IMG/VR virus record: IMGVR_UViG_3300037067_005321
Span: 1-64,000 of that record
Length of the DNA: 64,000 nucleotides
Strand: one strand, 5' to 3'
Origin: a virus
Taxonomy: Duplodnaviria; Caudoviricetes
Below the pieces are notes generated by a model. It made no database searches, was not told the origin of the DNA, and saw only the letters and a list, made by a program, of their open reading frames with translations. This document shows positions 49,862 through 59,516 of the stretch, piece by piece; the first letter of the stretch is position 1, and each line of letters starts with the position of its first letter. A program made the position numbers and the translations under genes.

Positions 49862-50072
49862 TTTGTACTTCCTTTAGCTCTTTTTCTCTTTTAGATGCTC
49901 TCCACTTTCCATATATAGCAATGCCAATACCTGCAAGAGTTATTATAACATTTATAAGACTTGCTTGTTCCTCAGAACTGAGTTCTATACCACATAAATT
50001 AAGTATTTGTGGTACTAGAGCTATAACAAGACCACTATATGTAATCTTACCCTGTAATATTTGCTGGCTCAT
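49854..50072 (-). CDS. putative holin
   Basis: Two TM segments, GKITY...AIYG..RA and a charged tail, next to the endolysin. Confidence 0.65.
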   Translation of the reverse strand: MSQQILQGKITYSGLVIALVPQILNLCGIELSSEEQASLINVIITLAGIGIAIYGKWRASKREKELKEVQNG

Positions 50073-50085
50073 TTAATATCACTTC

Positions 50086-50553
50086 CTATAAATATAATTT
50101 AGCTATTAATTTTTCACTTTCTAAAAATGAAAGTATTATATCAAAATCTACTTCTTCAAAATTTACATTTATTAATTCACCAGATAAAGTTCCTGGTTGT
50201 ATAATTTCCATAGCAGCAATAACTTTAGGTGAGAATAATTTTAATTTAGCATTAATATAATTAACTGCATCAAGATATGTTAATTTAATATTATCTCTTT
50301 TAACTGTATTTATATCATTTTCTATACTATTTATTACTTTTATAATATCCTTTGCAGATATTTCTTTACCTTCTAAACCAGCTACTGTGCCTATTTTTAT
50401 TATTTTACCTACTTTATCTAAAGTAACTCCTTTTTCATTCGCTATTTTTGATAAAACAGAATTAGAAGTATCTGTATCAACCAAATTTACAGAGTTTAAT
50501 GAGCAACTAGCACAAAATATTAAAGTTGCTATTAATATAATTAATTTATACAT
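50086..50553 (-). CDS. lipoprotein in the lysis cassette
   Basis: Hydrophobic signal with lipobox-like CASC. Confidence 0.6.
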   Translation of the reverse strand: MYKLIILIATLIFCASCSLNSVNLVDTDTSNSVLSKIANEKGVTLDKVGKIIKIGTVAGLEGKEISAKDIIKVINSIENDINTVKRDNIKLTYLDAVNYINAKLKLFSPKVIAAMEIIQPGTLSGELINVNFEEVDFDIILSFLESEKLIAKLYL

Positions 50554-50574
50554 ATTTATTCTCCTTTTATATAA

Positions 50575-50898
50575 TTATTTTTCATCAAAACTATAATGAT
50601 TTCCATCTTTAAATCTTCCCCCCCAAGAACATCTTGGATGAAGAGATTCCCAATATTCACCAAATTGTTTATGTGCTTCTGTGGTAGTTTGATATACTTT
50701 ATTAATATATAAAAGTATATCCATAGCAAGACCTAATTCATGCTTACTACCAACTTTGTGATTAGTAGTAGGTGCTTTTTTTGTTCTATGAATTGTACCT
50801 TCATCAAAAACTGCTTCATACCCTGGTATAGAATTCATATAATCAATCTGTTTACATATTAATTTTGTAAATAGACATCTATCTTCTCTTAAACTCAT
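50575..50898 (-). CDS. endolysin, M15-family peptidase (start probably 50898)
   Basis: SKHELGLAMD...WGGRFKDGNHYS Zn-peptidase motifs. Confidence 0.85.
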   Translation of the reverse strand: MSLREDRCLFTKLICKQIDYMNSIPGYEAVFDEGTIHRTKKAPTTNHKVGSKHELGLAMDILLYINKVYQTTTEAHKQFGEYWESLHPRCSWGGRFKDGNHYSFDEK

Positions 50899-51029
50899 TT
50901 TATAAATCTCCAAATATGTTTTTCATATAAAATACCAAGTCTTTTAGCCAAATATTTATGAATACCTATATTTCTAAGTCTACAATAAATATGAAGTGGA
51001 TTTAGAAAATGACTTAATAAGCTATTCAT
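50895..51029 (-). CDS. 44-aa hypothetical protein
   Basis: MNSLLSHFLNPLHIYCRLRNIG...WRFIK*; ATGA coupling to the endolysin. Confidence 0.55.
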   Translation of the reverse strand: MNSLLSHFLNPLHIYCRLRNIGIHKYLAKRLGILYEKHIWRFIK

Positions 51030-51037
51030 ATTATTGT

Positions 51038-51442
51038 TTATTCACCCACAACCACCCCGACGCTTAGATTTCGTGGAGGATTCGGAATCTCCACTATCGT
51101 CTCGAAAGGGACGGTATATTCTACCTCGTTTGAGGGGTTGCTTTCACCAGCCTCATTAAATGCCTTCACAACCAGATAATAAGTTTCGGAATCTACCCAG
51201 TCAGTAAAGGCTTGAGACATCAGCATATAGTTTTCCGTGGTATCAGGAGAGACTCCTGTGTAAGTCCCAGATGTTATCCCTCTGTATATTCTATATCCCT
51301 CAACTACACTACCGCCATCAGGGGAATCCCATTGTATCATTCCACCATTTGGGATAGAGGCAAAAGAAAAGGTTAGGCAGAATAAAAGTAAGATTGCTGC
51401 TGTGATTAATATTTTTTTCATTGTAATAATCCTCCGGGTCAA
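51038..51442 (-). CDS. signal-peptide FN3-domain protein
   Basis: MKKILITAAILLLF signal; WD...GYRIY...YYLVVKAFNEAGESNPSNEV. Confidence 0.8.
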   Translation of the reverse strand: MTRRIITMKKILITAAILLLFCLTFSFASIPNGGMIQWDSPDGGSVVEGYRIYRGITSGTYTGVSPDTTENYMLMSQAFTDWVDSETYYLVVKAFNEAGESNPSNEVEYTVPFETIVEIPNPPRNLSVGVVVGE

Positions 51443-52977
51443 TTAAATCTTCCACCATTACCGGCTCCTAAACCTGTCACAGACCCACCTGATCCTGAAC
51501 CAAGCCCCGAGATTGATCCGGCAGCGGTTAAACTTGCACTTGAATTATTAGTTACTGTTTTATCATCTTCTGCTGTGAGGTCATTACTTGAAGCGTCCGC
51601 GGCCTCTCCTGCGCTTGTAACTATATCAAGTGTACAGGTATCCCCAGAATAAATCTGATTCTCATTTAAAAATGTCCACTGACTCGTACCACTTCCCGAT
51701 GAGTAAGTAAGATCAACTCCATCACCGGCAGTTGAGCAGTCAAGATTGAAATCTCCAACATCAACGCTGACGTTGGTAACTGCCTCAGAGAAAGTAACTA
51801 CGGTTGTTGTGCCTCCGACTGGGATTGAGGCAGAGGAAAAAGCGGGGGCTACTTCATCTGTGCCTAGATCCATTGTGTATGCTGGTGATATTTCCCCAGA
51901 AGCATTAACGACATAGAGATATACAGTATCATCATCTTCAAATGACCCTTGATTCAAGGTGAATGTAATTCCTGTATCATTCCATGTCGCAGGTACTTGT
52001 ATTTCTGTATGACTTGCAGAACCATAATCAGGCCATGTTAAATCGTCTGTGTTTGATATAATTATATGTGCTTGTGTACTATCAATATATAATTGATCCA
52101 GATACTCATTACCCGATGGAGCTGATCCTGTAACCTGTCCTATCCTATGCCATCTTACATCGTTTCCATCAGCTTCATTGCCAAAGAAACAAACATTCGT
52201 AGCCCTCCACCATGTTTTTCCATCTACAATGAAAATCGAATATCCATCAGTGTTTCCAGTAGATGTGTTCCAATGTATAAAATATTCAATATGATGCCAT
52301 TGTTGGAGAGGTAGTAAGGTAGCAGTAGTAGGGCTATATGACCCTCCCCCGTACTGCCCTGCTGAAACTGTGTTATAAGCTAATGTACCATTCCATGTTA
52401 AATCACCAGCATTGCCATCCCCTCCTGATATTGTAGCATAGGTTCCTCCAGTATTTTGTACTGTCCATACAGGAGAAGGATAGTAAGGGCTATTGCTGTC
52501 TGTCCAAACTCTATAAAATTTCTCATTTGTATTGTTACCTAACCCATAGGCTGCATAATCTCTATACATCCAGAATGAAACATACGTGTCCGTTGCAGAT
52601 GATTGATTATATCCGACATGATGATAATCTGAACCACTATCAGTCCTTGGCACATAACTTGCTTTTAAGTTGGATTGAGTTATGCTCGCCCTTGGAGATG
52701 CACTTGACAAAATTACATCCCCCTGAGTTGTAGCCCATGACCCGCCCAATGAATCTATTTCATCAGTGTTTGACCCTGATGAAAAATTGTTAGTTGCCGT
52801 AGCATTGTCATAACTAGATATCAATGGGGCAGCTGTTTTTGTTCCGAAACCTGATCCAGCAATCATAATAGTTTGACCATTGATAAAAGTTCCAGTTACA
52901 CTATCAATATCTGGAGCTGCCAATGCCATGCTTGCAAAACCTAAAATTAAAAAGGATATAATGTATTTTATGAGCAT
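51439..52977 (-). CDS. signal-peptide protein with Ig-like and concanavalin/LamG-like domains
   Basis: Signal ending ALA/A; IAGSGFG; QQWHHIEY...IVDGK...YLDQLYI; TWNDTGITF. Confidence 0.65.
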   Translation of the reverse strand: MLIKYIISFLILGFASMALAAPDIDSVTGTFINGQTIMIAGSGFGTKTAAPLISSYDNATATNNFSSGSNTDEIDSLGGSWATTQGDVILSSASPRASITQSNLKASYVPRTDSGSDYHHVGYNQSSATDTYVSFWMYRDYAAYGLGNNTNEKFYRVWTDSNSPYYPSPVWTVQNTGGTYATISGGDGNAGDLTWNGTLAYNTVSAGQYGGGSYSPTTATLLPLQQWHHIEYFIHWNTSTGNTDGYSIFIVDGKTWWRATNVCFFGNEADGNDVRWHRIGQVTGSAPSGNEYLDQLYIDSTQAHIIISNTDDLTWPDYGSASHTEIQVPATWNDTGITFTLNQGSFEDDDTVYLYVVNASGEISPAYTMDLGTDEVAPAFSSASIPVGGTTTVVTFSEAVTNVSVDVGDFNLDCSTAGDGVDLTYSSGSGTSQWTFLNENQIYSGDTCTLDIVTSAGEAADASSNDLTAEDDKTVTNNSSASLTAAGSISGLGSGSGGSVTGLGAGNGGRFN

Positions 52978-53540
52978 AGATACACCCTGAATGTTCTATC
53001 AAAAGTTTCGTTGCTTGACATGTCCCAACTATTATCAACGCTAGTTATAGCCACTCCACCGGCATATCCTGCGGCTGTATCATAATACCATTTCGCAGCA
53101 CCTGCCGTCCCTGATGTCAAAGCTGCACCACAATAATAGGTTGTAGATGCCGACACAGCTCCCTTAGTGACAAAAGTAAATTTTACCCATCCCGATCCAG
53201 ATAAAACGACTGAAGCTGTTGCAGTATAGGATGTTAAATTACTAGATGTACCCCATCTAACTTCGACTGTGGGATGTGTCCCATCGTCATATAAATACAA
53301 TTCTATTGATGACAATGCTCCAGCAGAGCATTGAAATGATTGTCCGATGGCTCCATAATTCTGTCCATCGTAGTAAATAGTTTTAGCTCCAGTATTGGTT
53401 TCAAAATTAACATTTACTGCATCGGTTGAACAAGCCGCCGCACCCCCCATAGAAGCACCCTTTCTACTTGTCCCCACATCAGCACTTGAAGACAGCGCAC
53501 AACATAGTATTAAAACAATAAACAAAAGTAATTTTTTCAT
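52968..53540 (-). CDS. signal-peptide beta-sandwich protein
   Basis: MKKLLLFIVL signal; GQSF...IELYL...WVKFTF...DRTFRVY module also seen in the tail tip protein. Confidence 0.65.
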   Translation of the reverse strand: MKKLLLFIVLILCCALSSSADVGTSRKGASMGGAAACSTDAVNVNFETNTGAKTIYYDGQNYGAIGQSFQCSAGALSSIELYLYDDGTHPTVEVRWGTSSNLTSYTATASVVLSGSGWVKFTFVTKGAVSASTTYYCGAALTSGTAGAAKWYYDTAAGYAGGVAITSVDNSWDMSSNETFDRTFRVYLCS

Positions 53541-53549
53541 AGAAGCTCC

Positions 53550-55838
53550 TTAATTAACATCAGTCCAAGTTCCAAGAGGACCAAATACAGCAATATTATT
53601 TGCATCAATAGCCATAACCGTAATTGTTTCACCAACCGCATCGGCCTGAATAGCATCCCCGGCAGAGCAACCTAAATAAAGGAAAATGTCAGTACCATCA
53701 TTGGGATTAATAGTTAAGGTTTGGGCTACTGTTACTACAAAAGCAACTGATTTTCCTATCCAGGTAGATGCTTCTGGCAATGTATATATAGTTCCATCTC
53801 CATCACCTGTATTTGTCCATACTTGACCAATTTGTGCAATCGTCATTGCCTCATTATCAATATCGGCAGTTACTTTTTTTGTATCGGTAATCTGCAATGC
53901 AGTCCTGATATCAGTTGCTCCCGAATCTGTAGCAACCAATATTTCATTGTCAGTTGCCGTATTAAAATCAACATTCAAATTCTCGGAACCGGAAATAGCA
54001 GCAGGAGCATCAGCATCCGTCATTGTGCCAAGATAAAGTAATTCCCCTGATGCATCCCACCACACATTAGTATTCCAAGTTCCGGCAGCACTTCCACCTA
54101 CTGTGGCTATCCGAAAATCACCAACCTCTCCATCTTCTGTGGTTGTTGTTTGCTGACCATAAATCTTAACTGTTTCCTCATCTGTATATTCTGCCCCGGC
54201 TGCATCTGAATCCATAAGCCCAGTATAAGGAGAGGCAGCGCCGGCAGACCTTATTTCATCAGCTGTAGTTATAAGGTCGGCATTGGTAGTTAAAGTACCA
54301 GCAGAATGGGTTATAGTCACATTGCCATTATCCCAATTTATAACTCCTCCAGAGGCTAAGAATAAATCAGACCACATAACAGAGGTAGAACCTAATGCCG
54401 CCCCATCAGTGGCATCAGGGAATGATCCGTTTGAAGATATTGTGCTTGTAAATGTAACAGCAGGCGTAAAGGCAAAAGTGCCACCTGTATTGCTCGCAAA
54501 CGTCCAAATATCAGTTCCAGCAGTAAGAGTAAAATCCTCAGAGTTTGCAAACCCCAAGAAAGCATTTGTAGCATATCCAATCTCTCCATCAGCATCAGGG
54601 GTTGTATCTCCAAGAACAATACCACCAAGGGCCAAGGTGCCAAGTCCATCAAATTTTACTCCTGTACCAAGTGAGACCGCCCTTGATCCATCAATGCCAT
54701 TTGTGAAGGTAAGAGCAGGAACCCACGAAGCTCCTGTATTGTCATAGACCTGTATAGCAAAGGTATGCCCTGCATCAGTAGCTTTTGTCCTGATAACGTC
54801 ACCATTGACAAAGGTAAGGTCATACGCTGCATCTATGGTTTCATCCGTTCCGTCAAGCTCAATAAACGTGGTAGGGCTTCCCGCTATATCTGTAACCAGT
54901 GAGGTTACAACATCATACGCCCCCGTCGAGCCACCTCCTATCTGTGCTGTTCCTGCCGCTGCCGTGGAATCCTGTAATAGAAATGTAGGTGTTGGATCTG
55001 TCAGTGTAGGATCTCCGGTTAGAGCCGGGGAAGCTAGAGGGGCATAATTTGAGGCGGTAATATCATCTGCTATCGAAGCATCTGCAATTGGAGAAGTAAA
55101 TGTCACAGCCGGGGTAATTGTAATTAATGCTCCCGTGGTACTTGCTATTGTCCATAAATCAGCCGAGGGAGTAAATACGAGGTCTTCTGAAATGCCACTA
55201 AGTTTGTGAGAAAGGACATCAGTAGAACCAAGGGTTAACTGAGCAGCTCCGGTTACATCAAATATGCCTGAGCTTGTTATCGTACCGGAAGATGTGATCA
55301 CCCCTGCATCAGTCATTGTAATATCAACCGCCGTTACATCTGACCAGTCAATTTCTTCATCACCTATAACATCATCAGGTAATTCTACTTCTCCTTCACC
55401 AGTACCATCAGTAGTTATTGTAACTGAATCAGTAGTTGCATCACCAAGTATACCAGCAATATTACCAAAGTTTATATTTCCACCGCCTACTGTAACATCA
55501 TCAGTTAAAACAAGAGGTTTAATTATATCTACAGTTTCACTTACTCCATCAATTTGAACATATTCAGTATTTTCTCCAGTGGAATCTTCTGTTCTAAGAC
55601 TTAGTATTGTATCATTAGCTCCACCGGAACTACCAGCACCAATTTCTGCTGTTCCTGCTGCATCATTAGAGTCTCTTAAATTTAATGTTGGTGTGGTATC
55701 AGTAATTGTAGGATCTCCAGTTATTTCTGCATTTACTAAGGAAACACTTCCACTTTCACCTGATACATATGGTCCAGCAATACCAATTGATGGAATAATT
55801 AGAAAAAGAAGTAAAGATAATATAGTCTTTTTTATCAT
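53550..55838 (-). CDS. signal-peptide, acidic Thr/Asp/Gly-rich fibre-like protein with internal repeats
   Basis: MIKKTILSLLLF signal; duplicated TGDPT.TD.TPT and SED...TPAVTFTS modules. Confidence 0.7.
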   Translation of the reverse strand: MIKKTILSLLLFLIIPSIGIAGPYVSGESGSVSLVNAEITGDPTITDTTPTLNLRDSNDAAGTAEIGAGSSGGANDTILSLRTEDSTGENTEYVQIDGVSETVDIIKPLVLTDDVTVGGGNINFGNIAGILGDATTDSVTITTDGTGEGEVELPDDVIGDEEIDWSDVTAVDITMTDAGVITSSGTITSSGIFDVTGAAQLTLGSTDVLSHKLSGISEDLVFTPSADLWTIASTTGALITITPAVTFTSPIADASIADDITASNYAPLASPALTGDPTLTDPTPTFLLQDSTAAAGTAQIGGGSTGAYDVVTSLVTDIAGSPTTFIELDGTDETIDAAYDLTFVNGDVIRTKATDAGHTFAIQVYDNTGASWVPALTFTNGIDGSRAVSLGTGVKFDGLGTLALGGIVLGDTTPDADGEIGYATNAFLGFANSEDFTLTAGTDIWTFASNTGGTFAFTPAVTFTSTISSNGSFPDATDGAALGSTSVMWSDLFLASGGVINWDNGNVTITHSAGTLTTNADLITTADEIRSAGAASPYTGLMDSDAAGAEYTDEETVKIYGQQTTTTEDGEVGDFRIATVGGSAAGTWNTNVWWDASGELLYLGTMTDADAPAAISGSENLNVDFNTATDNEILVATDSGATDIRTALQITDTKKVTADIDNEAMTIAQIGQVWTNTGDGDGTIYTLPEASTWIGKSVAFVVTVAQTLTINPNDGTDIFLYLGCSAGDAIQADAVGETITVMAIDANNIAVFGPLGTWTDVN

Positions 55839-55847
55839 AATATCACC

Positions 55848-56219
55848 TTAATTCTTTGTATAATATATTGTATAAGCCACAGTACCAGCAGCAAGAGTAA
55901 CATCAACATATATACCATTATTATATTGAACACCTGGATCAAAACCAAATACTTGAGTTGTTGAAGAACTTGCAACAACTACCCAAGAATTTATTATTTT
56001 TGTACCGGATGCTGCTGTATTATCATATACAGTAACAGTTACACTATTTACACCATCTGTTAATACAGATATACCATAAAACTTGCCAGCACCACCAACT
56101 ACTTTTGCATCTGCTGCATATGCAGTAGAGGGAATACAATATTCTACTGATTGTGCATAGACTAATGATGGAACACAAAATAATATCATTATAAAAATTA
56201 AATTTAATAATTTTTTCAT
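55848..56219 (-). CDS. signal-peptide small beta protein (decoration-like)
   Basis: Signal ending VYA/Q; VYDNTAASGT...NNGIYV. Confidence 0.65.
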   Translation of the reverse strand: MKKLLNLIFIMILFCVPSLVYAQSVEYCIPSTAYAADAKVVGGAGKFYGISVLTDGVNSVTVTVYDNTAASGTKIINSWVVVASSSTTQVFGFDPGVQYNNGIYVDVTLAAGTVAYTIYYTKN

Positions 56220-56222
56220 ATT

Positions 56223-56645
56223 TTACCTCACTTCCTGATTCTCATTACTAATAGGTCTAGTAGTTTGTGGATTAGTTATAAGCTTGTTAAGCAAGTCTTT
56301 TATATCACCTAATTCTTCCTTCAATTCTTTTCTATCTTCTTTTTGAGTAGTTTTTATTTCTTCTATGCCCTTTTGCATAGAATCAACTTTTTCCTTTAAT
56401 ATATAAATATCTTCTGTATGTTTATTAACAGTTTCTGCCTTTGCATATACATAACTAGCAGTATTAGAAGAAAACCAAACCCTTATTCCAGTAGTATAAA
56501 GTGGAATTAAAACCAAAGTACATATAGCTACTATAATTATAGGAGATGGTCTTTTTATATATTCTTTTAAACAAGTTTTATCTGCTTTTGTAACTTTCAT
56601 ATTTGCTATATCATCATGTAGATTTTCATGCTTTTCACATATCAT
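56223..56645 (-). CDS. single-TM coiled-coil protein
   Basis: Hydrophobic segment followed by heptad repeats. Confidence 0.6.
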   Translation of the reverse strand: MICEKHENLHDDIANMKVTKADKTCLKEYIKRPSPIIIVAICTLVLIPLYTTGIRVWFSSNTASYVYAKAETVNKHTEDIYILKEKVDSMQKGIEEIKTTQKEDRKELKEELGDIKDLLNKLITNPQTTRPISNENQEVR

Positions 56646-56654
56646 AGAATTCTC

Positions 56655-57047
56655 CTACTTTAACTCTCTCAAAAAAAGATCTGCATAAATATTAGTTGGA
56701 CTAGCTGATGGAGAAGCAACTGTGCTAGGAACTTTAAGACCTAATCTTATTTGAGAAGTAGGATAATTAACTTTTATTAATTTTGATACTGTAGGATTTG
56801 CAGTAGATATAGTTCCAGAATCTATACTAGCTACTCTATCTGAACCAGTAAATTTACCTTCTATTCTATATGTAATGGAATTGGATGTAAGTGTTGCACA
56901 ACAAAGAGATATTACTACATCACTAGCTTTACTAGAAAACCAACCTGTAGCAGTAGTTGTACCACCAGAACTATTATAAACAAAATGGGATGCAGTCAAA
57001 TTATAATTGCTAAACATACTACGCAATGACTGTGCTTGAACTGTCAA
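56655..57047 (-). CDS. putative virion protein
   Basis: Ser/Thr-rich beta sequence; GAGGTGA RBS. Confidence 0.55.
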   Translation of the reverse strand: MTVQAQSLRSMFSNYNLTASHFVYNSSGGTTTATGWFSSKASDVVISLCCATLTSNSITYRIEGKFTGSDRVASIDSGTISTANPTVSKLIKVNYPTSQIRLGLKVPSTVASPSASPTNIYADLFLRELK

Positions 57048-57197
57048 AATGAATCACCTCTATAATATAATATCTTCCTTAGTTTTAGAATCAATAGTAG
57101 TCTCAGTATTAGAATAATCAAATCAATATCAATAGGAAAGAGGGAATATGGAAGAATAAAACAATAATAACTATAAATAGATTATAATCATTAGTGT

Positions 57198-57231
57198 TTT
57201 GCCAACTCTCTAAAGCCTAAAGAGTTGGCAA
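57198..57231. terminator. hairpin, possible terminator
   Basis: TTGCCAACTCT...AGAGTTGGCAA inverted repeat in an intergenic gap; no clear U-tract. Confidence 0.45.
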
Positions 57232-57297
57232 GAAAAAGACTCTCTAAATTTTGCATTGTCAAGAGGCATAGAGAGTATGGTAAGTTACTGAAATTAC

Positions 57298-57642
57298 TTA
57301 TGTTTGATCACAAAGGCTGGCGACAGTATTGCTGGAAAATCTGTATAGACCGTTACCTGCCAACACTATTGAACCAAGAATAGTTGCACTTTGACAAGTT
57401 AAAGTTGCTTCAGCAGGAAGACTAGCAGCAGTATTTTTACCAGAGAAAAATATAAACTTTCTATTTGCACCAGTTCCTATTTTAATATAACTGGATACAG
57501 TTACAGCAGGAGCACTTGCAGCAGTTCCTACCACTAAATTTGTTGCAGCAACCGTAGCACATGTTACTGTGGCAAAACCTTTTATGTCAACTTTTGCTCC
57601 TGTTTTTGGATATAAATTACTTTTATAATGTGAATTTCCCAT
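57298..57642 (-). CDS. putative virion protein
   Basis: Ala/Thr-rich; in the head-gene neighbourhood. Confidence 0.55.
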   Translation of the reverse strand: MGNSHYKSNLYPKTGAKVDIKGFATVTCATVAATNLVVGTAASAPAVTVSSYIKIGTGANRKFIFFSGKNTAASLPAEATLTCQSATILGSIVLAGNGLYRFSSNTVASLCDQT

Positions 57643-57739
57643 CTAACACCTTCCATTGTTGAGGTACATAAATATCTGGGTAAATACTTATGATATCATA
57701 TCGGAATAATATGAATCCTCTTTATTAAATAAACTAAGT

Positions 57740-58336
57740 TTATTTTTTCAACACCCAAACTTTCTGCTTGGGATTTGTCCTATCAACTAAATCTACTTTA
57801 TAACCATGTTCTTTGCATAAATAATCAACTATATTAACATTTGTCATTCTGAGAACACTTTCATTCTTATTAGCAATCTCAGATGCTTGTGTTTTATATA
57901 TATTCATCTTTTGTCTAGTTACTTGAGTTTCAGAAATTGGTGTTCCATGCTGATATCTATTAATAAGTTCAATTACTTCCTTTTTGGTTACTTTATGAGT
58001 AGAAAGAAAATCAGATAGTAATTCATTTGGATCTTCTTCTTTTGCAGATAACATATTCTTTCTTAGTTCTTTTTGTGTTATTCCTATATCTTCTATTTGT
58101 GAAGATGATACTACATTATTTATTATATCCTCTTCTTTTATTTCTACTATAGATTCATCATCATCTTTAAATTGATTTTCTGATAAATCTAATACTTCCT
58201 CTTTATTATCTGAATCAACTATCTCAGTTCCCTTCTCATAAACATCATAATCCTCTTTAGACATTTTATGCAATTTACGGATATGGACTGTTAGATTAAC
58301 AAACTTTTTACCACAAACTTTACATTCTTTTTCCAT
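57740..58336 (-). CDS. C2H2 Zn-finger hypothetical protein
   Basis: CKVCGKKF..L..HIRKLH. Confidence 0.65.
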   Translation of the reverse strand: MEKECKVCGKKFVNLTVHIRKLHKMSKEDYDVYEKGTEIVDSDNKEEVLDLSENQFKDDDESIVEIKEEDIINNVVSSSQIEDIGITQKELRKNMLSAKEEDPNELLSDFLSTHKVTKKEVIELINRYQHGTPISETQVTRQKMNIYKTQASEIANKNESVLRMTNVNIVDYLCKEHGYKVDLVDRTNPKQKVWVLKK

Positions 58337-58375
58337 ATATAAGCTACCTCCATAGCTGTTTAGTTACATCCGTAA

Positions 58376-58645
58376 CTATTTCTTTAATTTATTATATTGT
58401 TCTGAAACAGACTTTCTTTGCTGACCTAAAGTATCAATATAGATTACATTAGAATCATAATCACTTTCATTACCATAAGCAGACTCTATATCTTTGCGAT
58501 ATGCTTTTAACCCTTCCGAGTTTTTAGCATAAGTACCATATAACTTCTTTCCTTTTTTCCATTTAAAAGCTTCTGACATATCTTTACTAGTAGTAGAAAT
58601 TTCACTAGTAGCAGAAACTGTTAATGTATCCTGATCAAAGCCCAT
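58376..58645 (-). CDS. hypothetical protein
   Basis: GAGGTGA RBS. Confidence 0.6.
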   Translation of the reverse strand: MGFDQDTLTVSATSEISTTSKDMSEAFKWKKGKKLYGTYAKNSEGLKAYRKDIESAYGNESDYDSNVIYIDTLGQQRKSVSEQYNKLKK

Positions 58646-58649
58646 TTAA

Positions 58650-59516
58650 TCACCTCTTAAAATTTAAGTATAATAGTATACTTTCAAATGTTCTCATTTG
58701 ATCATCTGATATAACCTCATAGGAATATCCATTTTCTTCTGCAAATTTATATCCAGCTTCTATTTTAGCTATAGTTTTTGGAAATTCTAATTTATATTTA
58801 GGTTTTATCTCTTGTATATATCTATCATTAATGATAAAATCTGGTACATAATTTCTAATATGTCCTTCAAATTCATACTTTATTATAAAAGGTTCCATAT
58901 CATATTTGATTACATCATCTGAAAATTCTAAGATATTTAAGTATATTTCTTCCCAAGAGGATCTATATAAAAAAGTTTTATTATTTTTAATTGAATAAAA
59001 ATAACCTTGTTTATGATATTTTCCTCTTATAATTCCTTTAGCAGCATTTTCAGAAACTCTATCAGCAACTTCTGGTATTTTCATTGGATTATCAACACCA
59101 TATTTTTCTAACAAAGTTTTTTCTCTACTATCTTTTGCTTTTAACATTGAAGAAACTTTATGAGTTTTACCAGCAAAAGAATTATTATCTAATTGACTTA
59201 TAGATATTTTATTCTTATGATCTTGTGATAATTTTCTTCCTTTAGTAGAGATATTTCCAATAGCAATTTTACTTTGTAATTCTTTTTTATAATCAGACAT
59301 TAATTTTGCATCTGGAAATAATTTTAAGTATTCTTCTTTAGTTAAATTATGTCTATTTTTTAAATGTTTAGGATTTAAATAAGTTCTTTTTAAACCACAT
59401 ATTTTACACTCAATATAATCTATATTTTCTATTCCATCTTTAAATTTTATCAAAGATTTTTCTACTTCATGTCTTATTAAATAATTAAGAGATCTTTCTC
59501 TAGAAGACATTGCCAT
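58650..59516 (-). CDS. free-standing PD-(D/E)xK (TnsA-N-like) endonuclease with a Zn finger and NUMOD3-like motifs
   Basis: CKICG...HL..RH; HKNKISIS; EKYGVDNP; YRSSWE...YVPDF...EIKP. Confidence 0.78.
   Translation of the reverse strand: MAMSSRERSLNYLIRHEVEKSLIKFKDGIENIDYIECKICGLKRTYLNPKHLKNRHNLTKEEYLKLFPDAKLMSDYKKELQSKIAIGNISTKGRKLSQDHKNKISISQLDNNSFAGKTHKVSSMLKAKDSREKTLLEKYGVDNPMKIPEVADRVSENAAKGIIRGKYHKQGYFYSIKNNKTFLYRSSWEEIYLNILEFSDDVIKYDMEPFIIKYEFEGHIRNYVPDFIINDRYIQEIKPKYKLEFPKTIAKIEAGYKFAEENGYSYEVISDDQMRTFESILLYLNFKR

Noticed and set aside
58650-59516. Tn7-like transposon, suggested by the TnsA-like domain
   Set aside because: No TnsB/TnsC genes or terminal repeats are visible; the architecture fits a free-standing phage endonuclease.
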